Shown one piece after another: positions 44,701 to 57,238 of a stretch of 64,000 bases of DNA (its first letter is position 1; each line of letters begins with the position of its first letter). A program made the position numbers and the translations under genes. This stretch comes from Paraphysomonas bandaiensis (Eukaryota; Protista; Chrysophyceae), in NCBI GenBank assembly GCA_965644295.1, contig CBFFRP010000354.1, positions 62,001-126,000 of the forward strand, read 5' to 3'. The notes beneath the pieces are model-generated. The model worked only from the letters and a program-made list of their open reading frames with translations, had not been told where the DNA came from and did no database searches.

Positions 44701-44810
44701 GAACTAATGCGAATGAGATGGCCAAACTCGAATACGACGGCGTTAGGCGAAACAGTTATCGGAGGGGGCACATGGCTAGTCTTGAGGGTGCGTTCATGAA
44801 TAAGGGCTAA
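41730..44810 (+). CDS. Ulp2/SENP6-7-like SUMO protease (peptidase C48), multi-exon
   Basis: EGEFLNDNIIDL, DIFSKDFVFFPINIGAHWSLVCV (His), FMDSLG (Asp), QQNSYDCGVYV (Gln/Cys); SIM-like IICIDDDSEED in a disordered N-terminus. Confidence 0.9.
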
Positions 44811-47800
44811 GTTTTGAGTCGAGTACTATTCGTTTGAACTGAGCGTAGCTTCTTTATTTTATAGTTTCATATCTGGATATTCGTACATTTTGTATCCTGC
44901 ATTAATATAGAGACACCTCCAACAGAAGTGATTGTTAGAATTACCATCACAGTTGAAATTATTCTAGCGGGGACATATTTATCCAACATTACACCAGCGT
45001 GTTGACATATAGCAAGAAAAGTAAATCCAAATTTGTCTTTTGCTACTTTTAATATGTGGTTGGTTATAGTATTGCCTCAGATTTTAGTTTCAACGTTACA
45101 ACGGCTACTTCTTATGGCTACGTTTTCTGTAGCTTTGCTGGTTATTTAGTGTAGCGTGTTGGGAAATGCTCATTTTACTTAGATCAAAGAGAGATTAAGT
45201 TGTTAGACTAGATAGATTTATTAATATCGTTTACACAAATTGTGTTAAACAACACAAGCTCGTTTTGTGCCATGCATAAATCACTACTTCTGTAGACCTT
45301 TCGCTACTAAACATATCTTGAAAGAGCAAACTATTTCAGTTTTCTCAATATCATAACAGCATCTACACATCACCATACTTCACTGTATTCTCGTACATTG
45401 TCTTCAAGTACCACATTGAATATACTAGGATACAGTCCATATTCTAATATAGCGATCCCCTTATTATCAGCAATTGTCGCTTAAGAGACAGCAAGCATTG
45501 CAATTATAATTGACCACAACCTGCACCAATTAATTGATACGCAGCCCTGCTTAAGAGTCAGATCTAATTCGGTATTACAATTTAAGTAACTAGGGCTTAG
45601 CTCTGATATCCTACTATTTAATACGAAAGGTGCATGTGCGTCACTGCAAGCACGACGGTGCTACCAGCTTTCACTCAAAGCAAACGCAGTGAGCAAGCAG
45701 ATCTTGATATACCTGACTTCATGATTTTTGAGTCCTAAAGGTGGACATCCCGGATGCTTGACTTTAGCAGGAAGCCCAATATCCCGGTTACCCCTCAAGT
45801 GGGCCCAGTACCAAAGGGATGCCCTTAAGGTGGGACCCATCCCGAATGCCTGTTTATTCGTCAAATTCCAAAGATGTCTACACAAGTATATATATGAAAG
45901 AGTAACACTTATACTAGTGTCCCTTCTTGTACCACACAAATACTTGGGTATTTGGTTCCCGGAGAAATATCTTCTGTGCTAATTCCCCAGAGCAAACCAC
46001 TAAGAAAACGTACGAGTCCGACTTTGTCGAGGGATGTAGGAGAATTAGAGGTGGTACCTTATCATAACATATTATAAATAGTATATAGATATTATGCACT
46101 CTTCACGCTGTCGATATCTTTATAGTGGCTATGAACTTTGTTAGTGCATAGTTATACATTTTTTCCGAAAATCATCAAAAATTTCACCAGGGTTTGATAT
46201 TACTCCGACTTATGGACAACAATATAATAATCCTCGAGTTTATTTAGATAGTAAAAGAATTTTGTAAAAGTAATTATGAATACACAAGTATATCTGGTAT
46301 CTGGTACTGTCACATATCTTGTATTGTCAGTTGTCAGTTATATAGTTATACAATTTATTTATTGCATATGTATCCTACGTATATTCGTAAAAGTAGTATT
46401 GATATATATGATGGTATAGGTAAACTAATACTATCCAAGGCACTCTCAGAATCTCTATAGATCCTTTCATCGATAAACTTTAGAAATCTGAACAAGCAAC
46501 TATAAGTTATAAAAACTCTTATACCCTTGTGATGAGGCTACTTTCATAGTCTGTAAAATGAATAAGTAGCACATTCGCAACGCTCTTCACTTGTCGCATT
46601 TCTTCACTTCAATGACTAGCCGCATTGGGAATAGAAAAAAAAACATCCCTGTGGTTAATACTTAATACTTAAATACTAAATCCAGATATATGAACAGATG
46701 AGGCATACACGTCCTGTATATTACACTGTCTACGGATATCATTGAATAGAGTTGGGCAATACTCCTCAAACACATCATCTTCCTTCAAATCAATTAGAGT
46801 TCATTGCACCAATAATGATATCAGCAAAGCAAGTAAATAATCTTTCCGGAAGTACCGCTACTTACTTAAGCCAAATATTTATCCAACCCCATAATTTACC
46901 TAACACATGACAACCTACAAAGGAACCGTCACTGGAATGCTCGGGGCTCGATGCAACCGACGACATCTGCTTAAAACGGTCCTGAGAAGGATGTGCATCT
47001 GACTGATCAGAGTCTCTCTGGTTCTGTACCACTATTTCTTCAACGGGAATAAGGGGTTCGGTATATAAACTTGACTTACTACCCTTTGGTGGTGTTGAGG
47101 GTTAATCCGTCGTCACAATTAATTTCACTAACAATTTCCGTACTATCTCGAACATAGTTGATTCACTGTAATAGTATGATGCACACCTGACGCAAAAAAT
47201 TTGTTGATCAAGTTATCCTTCAAAGATGATTCGGACCCACGGCCATGTAGAAGGTTGTGCTCTTTCTTTACTATTTCCAACGATTTCAAGCTTACAAGTT
47301 CTCTAATCCTTCTGCGCTGCTACAGTAGTAGAAGTATAGAAACCCATCGCTCCAGTAATATACATCATAACCTCTTCCTTAAGAGCTCTACTTGACTCTA
47401 GCAATAAACCAGATGATATACTTTCTTCTAATTATTCAGGTGGTGTCCTATACGTGCTTTGGAGATTGACATGTACCAGTAATCCAGCAAACCAGTGATC
47501 CAATTCCAAACAAGAGACAGTTCCACAAGAATTCTTCTACTTCTGCATTCACGCTTACAACTAGCCGTGTAAGATAATAGAGCAGAGCTTGTACAAGTCA
47601 GTAGCTGAAGAAGATGAATAGCATCAAGCATAAGGAGCTAGTAGGGGCCCTGGTTTAACACTAACTCAGCTTCACAACTGCAATTGAGTTATATAATCAC
47701 AGTAATGACGATTGTATGTGATCATAGTGGGGGGGGGTTACTAGACATGATGGGCTGTGTATCGATATCTTTCATAGACATGATAACGAGAGATAGATAA

Positions 47801-47858
47801 GGTTTAAATGATGTGAGTATATCAGTGACTTGTAATCTATGTTCCATATATGTATGTT

Positions 47859-47995
47859 GTATCAGGCATCCTTTGTATATTTTTGTTGAAAGATGCCTCT
47901 AATATTGAGACAACAATTATGTGTATTCCAGCCGTATATGTATTGCAATTATATAGAGTAATTTTACTTCAATTTATACCCGAAAACTAAGATGC
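47859..47995 (+). repeat. Interspersed ~140-bp repeat family, copy 4
   Basis: gtatcaggcatcctttgtatatttttgttgaaagatgcctctaatattgagacaacaattat...cgaaaactaagatgc. Confidence 0.9.
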
Positions 47996-48370
47996 TCTGA
48001 TTGGATCATATCTATCTCTATATGTGTAACCGGATGTAGAGCCGGATGTATTACGGGATCTGTAGCCAGTTGGATTTAGAATGATAATGTCCGTAAGAAT
48101 ACGGGGGAGTTAAATATCCAATCATAATGATGTATTTCATATTTATTCGTTTACATTGCACATATCGTATACGGGAGGTAACTAACGGACATGAACCAAT
48201 GGACATGCTTTTCACTATAGAAGCCGCCCATCTAGACGAAGAATATGCAGCCATTATGGCATTGTTCCTTACAACATGCTCTAATGTACGATCTTTACTA
48301 TATCAACACTTTGTATTGAAGAATGCTATCATACAAGTAACTAAAGTGCAAAACATAACCATTCAAGTCA

Positions 48371-50108
48371 ATGAAATCAAGTGCCACACCACTACCAGTG
48401 CAACAGGTAACTCATTTATATACTGCAACTTTATATAGATGTGCTAATCATCATATATATCAGACACTTGCTGTATTTTTCGTACAAATGTGTGAGGCAA
48501 TGAATATTACGGTACTTTTCCCATTTTTAGCCTTTATGGTAGAAGATTTCGGCTATACGGGACACCGATTGGGCTCACATGCAGGGATACTGGCTGCAAT
48601 GTTTTGCGGGGCTCAGTTCTTTTCAGCGGTGCCTTGGGGAAAATTTTCAGATACATACGGTCGGAAACCAGCAGTAATACTGGGCGTATTGGGTACTGCT
48701 ATTGGTATGTTGGTTTTAGGCACTGCGTCTAGCTACAGCCAAGCCATAGTAGGTCGTGCAATAGCTGGAATTCTGAGTGGGAATCTAGGAGTTTTGAAGT
48801 CTTTTTTAACTGAAATAACCGATGATACGAATAGAGGGTATGGGTTTTCCTTTCTTTCTCTCGGCTGGTCTTTGGGGGCTGTTGTTGGCCCTCTAGCTGG
48901 AGGTCTGCTCTGCTATCCTGCGGATAAGTACTCCACCACCTTTGGCCCACCGAGTATTTTTGCGACGTATCCGTTTTTGCTGCCGTGTCTAATATGTGTT
49001 GGGGCCAATATTATATCTGGAGTATATTGCTGCATTTTTATGAAAGAATCTCGATGGGCTAAAGAACATAAAGAAGACAACTATGCAACCCCAGGGAGCA
49101 GGGGTGCTTATGCTCCAGTATCTGAAGAAGATGATAACATTGAGATGATGGACTCCAGCAGTCATCTCACGGCGTCATCATGCGAGAATTCAGAACTTAC
49201 TGGTGACTGTGAAGAAATACAAACTATACCAGTCGCAGTTAAAAGTGCCAATATTAGCAATTCCCAATCATTGCAACCGGCAATTAACAAAACGTCCATT
49301 CTTGCTATCATGTCATACGGTCTTTGCTGCATGACGTTTATTATAGTGGATGAAACTGGTCCACTCATGCTGAAGTTACACCGTCAGTATGGAGGCTTGT
49401 CATATAGTAGCTCCGAAATAGGATCTGTACTGTCTGTGTCTGCTGGAGCGATGCTCCTTTGGACACTATTTCTACTTCCATTGCTATCTCCATATAGCAA
49501 ATTGATGTTGTTCAAAATATCTAGTGTACTTTGTATCCCAGTTATACTCATGTACCCCATTTTGTCTGTCTACAGTAGTCAAATAGCTTCAGCTGCTGGG
49601 CCGCAATGGGGCGATGGAGTTGTATATATCCTCCTTGTGATTGTAATTACTCTCAGAAACTGTTTGGCAACCATTGTTTTCTTAGCGGTAAGTGATTCGT
49701 TTGACTGTGTATGGAATGAGTAAGGTTGCCACTATACTCCTAGATTTATACATGTATCTGAGTAACGTTGACTGTTGTGCGTAGGTATGTCTCTTTGTTA
49801 ATCACAGTGTTTACGACAAGGACCTGGGTCTAATCAATGGCCTTGGCCAGAGTGTTGCTTCTGTCGCCAGAGCTGTTGGCCCTGCTATTGGTGGATTCAT
49901 GTGGTCTTTAAGCGTTAAAGTGCATATCATATTCATTAACTACATTGTATCGATATTAATAGTTGTAGTGATGTATATTATTGTTCTCCAATTACCCCCA
50001 ACTATTGATAATGCCAAGGAGAGGAGTGTGTCAAATCCAAGTTCTACAACATCTGGAAATAAATTATCAGATAGTGTAGTTGACAAATATGAATTACCAC
50101 AACCATAA
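48371..50108 (+). CDS. Major facilitator superfamily transporter (ZIFL/drug:H+ antiporter-like)
   Basis: PLPVQQ start, LFPFLAFMVEDF, WGKFSDTYGRKP (motif A), GRAIAGILSGNLGV, GAVVGPLAGGLL, NGLGQSVASVARAVGPAIGG. Confidence 0.9.
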
Positions 50109-50482
50109 ATGTTTACGCTATCACTGCCGTGAAATTTAATTATTACTTTTATCATTTACTGGGGTTAAAATACTTGTTGTTGTTTATTATCTACATTATA
50201 GTATACTATATATGGTGCAGATCTTGTAGTCCTGCGCGCGTCCGACCATATGAATGCAATTCATGTCAAGGTTGTGGTGATACTGACATTACATTCGAGA
50301 AATTATTAGTCGAAATGACTTGGTAGTTTAGCCAACAAACTATCATTCTAAAAGTGCTTCAATCCTATATCCACAGTCAGATTGCAGCAAACCTTACACA
50401 ACATTCAACAGTACAGTTCAAAACTATCATTTCATAACCAATAAATTCTGCAGTCAGAATGGTGAGATATATATTATAATAC

Positions 50483-52481
50483 TCAACGATCCTGATGTCT
50501 CATCTGAGCTGCAGAGCGCTGCACATTCCGTGCCATCTGCGCCTGCTGCCTCCGCAAATTCTCTTGCAGAAGCAAGTCCCTTTGCTGATTTTCCTGTCGT
50601 TGCTTCTCCACGTCCTGGAGCTTCTTATCCAGTGCACTGAACTGATCTTCGTGTTGTTGCATTAGCCGCTGTTCTTCGGACTCCAGCAAGGATTGCTTCA
50701 TCCTACGAGCAAGAGCCATGCGCATGATGGATCGCTGTTGCTCCTGGGCATCTGGCTCATCGTCATACGCCCCCTTCGCGTCTTCTTGTCTGGCTCGCTC
50801 TGCAGCTCGTTTCCTGTTTTCGTCCTGAATTTTCGCCTGTCGTTCCTCCTCCAACCTAACTTTTTCCTCTCGCTCCTTCTTCTTCAGTGCAATGAGACGG
50901 TCTCTCTGTTCAGCCATATACTTGGCTCTTCTTTCTGCCTCCGCCGCAGCAATAGGGATATCCTTCGTAATTTCGTCATGTTGTTGTCGTTTTTGAGATA
51001 AGTGAGCCTGGTTGCGTCGAAAGGCCTCTTCAGCTTGCTTACGCTTGCCTGCACACAATAGAGTATTCACAGGGCATACATTAAGAGATAAATTGCACCC
51101 ATATGGAAAAACATACCTTGATACTGAGCATTGAGTTCTACTAAATCAGGTTTCGGTCCTTTGCTAATTGGCGGCAGAGCCTTCATAGGAGAAAGGCTGG
51201 AGCCGCCAGCACCAGATCGAAGGGGTTTCGGTTCCGCAAATTCTTGTTTCGGTTCCGAAGCATTCGAAGTGGAATTGAATGTGGACTTCGATGATGGTTT
51301 TGACGGAGAAGATGAAGTACGTGTAGATTTCGCCCCGGCAGATGATTGTCCTTCAGAAGGTGTGTCCTACGAATATATAAAGTAATCAAACCGTCTTACA
51401 CAAGAAAGTTTTGAAAAAGTATTCATAATCATACTTGCAGTGCATGATAGTTTACAACACACCATTCCAGAGAGAAAAGTGCGCATTATATAGTACCATG
51501 TGCTGTAGCATGTAAGTGGAGAGATACTACGCATTCACTGTACATGATGACTGCATTCTATATTCATACACAGGATACCACATACACCAGACAATTATAA
51601 CACTAATTTGGGAATTGTAGAGTATACCTCATCATCATCGTCATCTGGTGCACATTTCGCTTCTACTCTTGCTCTTCGTAGTCTTTCCTCCTCTGCAATA
51701 AGAGACATGGCTAGCGCCTGCTCAAGCTCCAGCTGCTCCATTTCCTCCTGTTTGTGGATCATCTCTAACTCAAGAAGACTCTCCCTGTAGATAGCCTCCA
51801 GCTACATACAAGAGGGAATAAAAGTCAAGTACACGAGCATATATACAGACATATCTACCTCCTCCGCTGTTTTTTCCATGGTATCATCCTTCTCATCTTC
51901 CCTGTCCTGTTGCTGCCTGTCGTCTAACATCTCCTCAAGTTCTTCTGCATCAGGCAGACCCGATAAATTACTCATATCATTTTCCAACTCCGCATATGAC
52001 TTGTACGACATCATGGCTTCATACTGAAGCTCCATGTTTCGTTTAACCATGATTTTCTTGAAGACAGTGAAGTCTTCCATGGCAACGATTTTTTCGAATA
52101 CTCGACGATTAATATCTCGACTAGAACGGCTAGTTTGACAAGCTTCATAAAATGTATCCGTACTGATATCTAACTGTGCCAGATTTGAGGAAATAATAGA
52201 CTCCATCTACAAAACATAAAGTCATTGTAAATATATGCACGTTACTTTCATACTGACATGATCGAGAAACTCGAGATGTATGTCCGTGTATATAAACTTA
52301 TTCTCCTCATCGTTATCAAATACATAACACTTCTCATCAACAAAATCCATAACAGCTGCATCAAATCGATCTGATTCAAGAAATTGTAACACATAATCGA
52401 ATATCCAGTCTGCAAAGTATGACATGAGTGGAATAGATATATATATCTAGTGCTAGTTAACTTACCATTATCATCTGCCAT
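50483..52481 (-). CDS. CFAP36: Cilia- and flagella-associated protein 36 (CCDC104/BARTL1): BART domain + coiled coil, multi-exon
   Basis: DWIFDYVLQFLESDRFDAAVMDFVDEKCYVFDNDEENKFIYTDIH, AMEDFTVFKKIMVKRNMELQYEA, LEQALAMSL and RAKYMAEQRDRLIALKKKER match the family pattern. Confidence 0.8.
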
Positions 52482-53191
52482 GATTGTATGGATTAATAGA
52501 GTTCTTAATTAAATAGCACAAGTTCTATGTATTGAATGAAATGGTTTGTATAGTGTGATGAGGGAGAAGCTAGCTAGCTAGTGTATATGAAGCAACTCGA
52601 ACCATTCTTGTACATAGAGTACGATGATAGTACTTGGCAGTCATGTATATACAGTACAAACTACGATATAGAAGAAGAGGTACGTATACACCTACTTAGA
52701 AAACACTGTGTACATATGGTAGAAAAAAGTACTATTCTACACTACAAGTAGGTGTTTTCCTGATTTTTTATTGTAAAACCTCGATTTTGTTATAAAAATA
52801 CAAAATACTATGGAAAAACAGATAACATACATCTTGCAACGTCTAAAAATCATAGAAGTATGGAAGTTCTTTTTATAACGTCGTATTTATCTCACTTCAC
52901 CTCCTCTACGAAGTACTCTGTAGATACATGTCCATTTCACTATATATGTATGTATGGAAGTGTAGGTATCACAGTCCACTATACTCTTAAGTATATATAT
53001 ACATATATATGGACATTCTTACAAAGAATTAACCAGGAATGAACACAGTATGATATCATGATATTAATAACGATACACTGTATTGTGATAACCATTTTAT
53101 ACTACTTTACATGAGATTTCAACTGAGCTGATTCCTACTATACTTAGAATCATTATATAGATTTCAGTGTATTAACAAGGACGTTATCACG

Positions 53192-56100
53192 ATGAATTTT
53201 CAACAAAGGGATGTTAGATATGCTGCAATATTATCCAAATTTTGTAAACTATTAGATTTATCATTACCAACAATATTTTGTTGTAATACTATTCAAATTC
53301 AACATATAGTTGATGTTATATGGTATAATCATCCGTATATTCGTTGTTTATATCCATATGTTAATTGGGAGATTCTATTTGGATTGTTTAATATAGTATG
53401 TACTGTGGGATTTATTGCTGCACTGATTTTTGAAGTGGGTGATTCATGTGGACAGTATATTACTGAGTCCTCATGTGAACTTCAGCGTTATAACTCGTTG
53501 CAATGCCAATGGAGCGACAGTGGAACAAGGTGCACATCATCAGGTGCTGTGTCTATCAAAACTATTGCTAGAGTTTCTCTCTTTCTCACATTAGTTTCAA
53601 CCCCCGCGACCCTCGTTATGTACAACTTCTCTTGTTATGCATACAGGATACTTATTGCGGCAGTAAAGTTTCCGTACAAGGGCTGTAAAGATTTGAAACC
53701 CAGTAATGCTGATGTATACACTGAGTACAATAAGCTGATGAGAGCTCTGGAAGTAGAGTTAAAGTCGCAAATGATTTATCAAGACTACTTTCGAGGTTAG
53801 TTATTTATTTGCGTATACACAGCAGTGATTTGCCAGTACCATTCTACCTGTCGGGATATTCTGTAGATTTAATATTATTGACTAATGTGTTGTTATTCGT
53901 AGATGTATGGGGTGACGTAATTCCTTCTGACATTGAAGGTGGCAATCATTCAAATACGCCACATCCACCAAATACACTGCGTATGGATAAGAGTGAAATT
54001 TTGTATTGGCTTCGTCGAACGGTTCACGTTTGGAGAAGTGTGTGTCACTCTAGCTCTAATAATCGGTTACCGGAGTATAATGAACCAGGAACTATTAAAG
54101 CAGTTAGGCCATCGGAGCTTCCTGATAATATTCGACCACCAGAATCTGTTGAATCAGCTACACAGAACAGTAGATCCAACCGCCCATGTATTTCACGTGG
54201 ATCTAGCATATCAGTAGCAGCAATCGAGCAGCTCAGTCATTCCAGTTCCAGTGAACGTACTAGGCTGCTTCTGGGATTATTTTTCTTTGATTTGTGCCCT
54301 CTTGACGTCCAGTGGATGTTGCAATATATGAGGCGCTTCTCACCAGTAGTTAACAGCCCCCATATCCATTCTCTGGATAACCTATCCATGATAGGGCACT
54401 ATGATTCTGAGATGAGTGTAGGGCTGAAGGAACGGATACATTTAGTCCTATATTTTATGATTTTATGCTCACTAACGACATATTTAGGCGTATTTGTGCA
54501 TAGTTCCAATGTTGTATTACATTGGGTTAGTACTTTAGCACTATGGATGTTGATGCATGTAGTCGTGTTTCAACCACTGTCTACACTCACTATACAGTAT
54601 TGCATTCCATATATACTACGCAATGAAGTGCACTCTATTCGTCGAGGTGTAATACGTATATTACGGAGTCATATGTTATCTGGCCTTTTCGATGTCGTAG
54701 ATCACACTCCAAGTTCATTGCTATTCCCGTCAAAGAGATTGTCTCAAGTACCCAGTGACCTTGTGCTCAATTCCTTGATACGAAAGTATACACCTCTAAA
54801 CCCATTGTTTTATCCTCTGCACCGCTTGCACATTAAGAGTCCATACTCAGAATATATGTTGAAATTCTTAAATCAATTTTTGATTGATTCTCAAGTTGAT
54901 AATTGCAGTATCGTTGGAGAGGCGGAAAACGAAAATGAAGATAATCAAAGTTCTATTGCTGGTGAATGTAATGTTCCAGCTCCCACTCTTGAAAGTAATA
55001 TGCTCGAAAGTAAAGAGCAAGAGTTAATTTCTCCATATATTCCAGTTACTAATATGAGATCGCCTAACAATGAACGGTCTGTTGCTTGCATTATATCAGC
55101 TCTTGCACAACAGCAGTACTCCACTTTTTCTTCTACGGAGCCCACATCAGACACACTGTCCATAAGATATATGATGTCGATTTATGTACAATGTATGGAT
55201 TATATGAAAGTTTATTGGAGATTCAATGTCAGCACTGTCGATACAATGAGTTATATGGGAATGGATATATTGATTAATACAATTTTGTGGGGCCTCGTCG
55301 TGTGCATAATATTACTTCACCTGAATCTCATTTATATTCACCCTTCCGCTGTTGCCATTCCAATACTGGTATGCATAGTATGTAGTACTTGTTATTTCTA
55401 TGTATGGTATAGAAATCGTGTTCGAAGTGGAAAAGAGATGCCAACCTGCACGTGTGCAGATAGGAACAACGAGCTTCTCAAGACTGCTTTTGGCACTCGG
55501 CTTCAGTGTGGTTGCTGCTATTGTATTCGTCACTACGTAAGGGATGACACGTGTGTATATTGCCAGCATAGTGATTTTATATGTGATTTGAGTGATAATG
55601 AGTTGCTGCAAGTGAGTGATGTAGGAAACACCCCACCATGGAGTCGTGTTGAGACCTCTGCAGAGCCTAATCTCGGCATCTCATCTGTCGAACTGGTGAC
55701 GAGCGGTGCTGCTGCATCCATAGGTGTTATACCTCCAGGCCATAAAGGATTAGACTCCATTCTTGGTAGTTCTAGTAAGGACTCGGCACGTAACGTTATT
55801 CCAAATGGAAAAGTGGACGAAACTGTAGGAAGAAATAACTCAGGTCTTGAAATTTCTAGCGAAGTCGATAGTCTTAGTTCCGACGATGAGAGTGTAGTTA
55901 TACGAGTCATTGATAGAGAGTACCACTATTCTTCAGTTGAACAGCGAGCCAAGGAAGCAATTGGAAGTTGGCTAGCGAATATAAATATGTCCAGTCCGTC
56001 ACCGGGAAAGCGAAGCAGAAGTCGAAGAGGTAGCTCTTGTCAGAGCGATTCTCCGTCCCCATCAAAGGGAGGTCGAAGTGAATCACTCGTGCGTCGTCAT

Positions 56101-57021
56101 TCATTCTCAACGTCTCAAACGGATAGCGGGAGTTATGGTATATCGGTTGACTGTTCTTTTAGTGGTAATATCCTCACAGCTGTTGCGCCTTCTCCGCACA
56201 AGATTCTCGCTGCCATAAACTCTTTGTCCGGAAACGAATTGGATGTCTCGTCCCCAAAATTGGAGGAACTCGAAAGTGTAGGGAAAAGAGAAGATGTGTG
56301 TAGTCTTCCCCCAGCACCTGGAGTGAAGGATACATGGAATCCACGTGATCACATGATAAGTAATGAGGCCGCTATTTCACGATATGAAGTGACTCCTCAA
56401 ACTTCGACATCGCAGATACTATCATATTCTTGTACATCTACTACTGATTCTTTCTCATCTCCATGTGAGAAGTTGTCTCCGGCCAGACTGAGTGTGGACT
56501 CTCCTTCTGAGCACTTAGACTCCTATAAGAAGGCATTTACAGTTCGTGAAACTTTTAATTCTGATCGTATGACGCTCTATCAAGATATGTTATTAAAGAA
56601 AACTGTAGCTCGCTTGCAGTTAAAAACACGTAGAAAAACTCGTTCAGAGAGTGATGATTCAACAGACCGTAGTAAACGGACCAACTCTTCGCTCAAGAAC
56701 AAAGGAGCAGATGAGGCTGTCCTGGCACTTAAGAACCGGCTCTTACGAGGAAAAAATATTACATCGGTGCCGCCAGATTGTAATGGCAGCGTGACTAGTG
56801 GTACTTTGGAAGTCGAATGTGATGCGCGAGAGGTGATGATTAAGAAGCAAGTTGTGCACGAGGGCTTTAGAGCCAGTGTTGCAGGACTTCAGGAAAATAT
56901 GGACAAAGAGAAGCAGCGATCACAGGATCTCCTAAATAGAAGATTGCGAGAAAGAGCTGCGGGGAATTCGAATCGACAGCAGCAACAGCGGGAAGAAGAA
57001 AATGTTGTGGCGGAAATATAA
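53192..57021 (+). CDS. Large hypothetical multi-pass membrane protein with Ser-rich disordered C-terminus
   Basis: ORFs 53192..53800 and 53809..57021 joined by an intron; several hydrophobic segments; Cys motif SCGQYITESSC..CQW....RC. Confidence 0.65.
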
Positions 57022-57238
57022 GCTCGAAATTCTTTTCAGTGTGCGTTATTGTAAATATCTATTTGATGTTTTCGTTATCGATATTAAGTGTTCGTAATTT
57101 TTTATTAAAATATTTTTATTTATTACTCAATTATTTACAAAGCACATTGCACAGAAATTCAAACAATAGGAACAGACGTTTATTTCATTGAATGCACAAC
57201 TATTTACAAATACTCGCAAGTTTGTTTAAAATGTTTGT

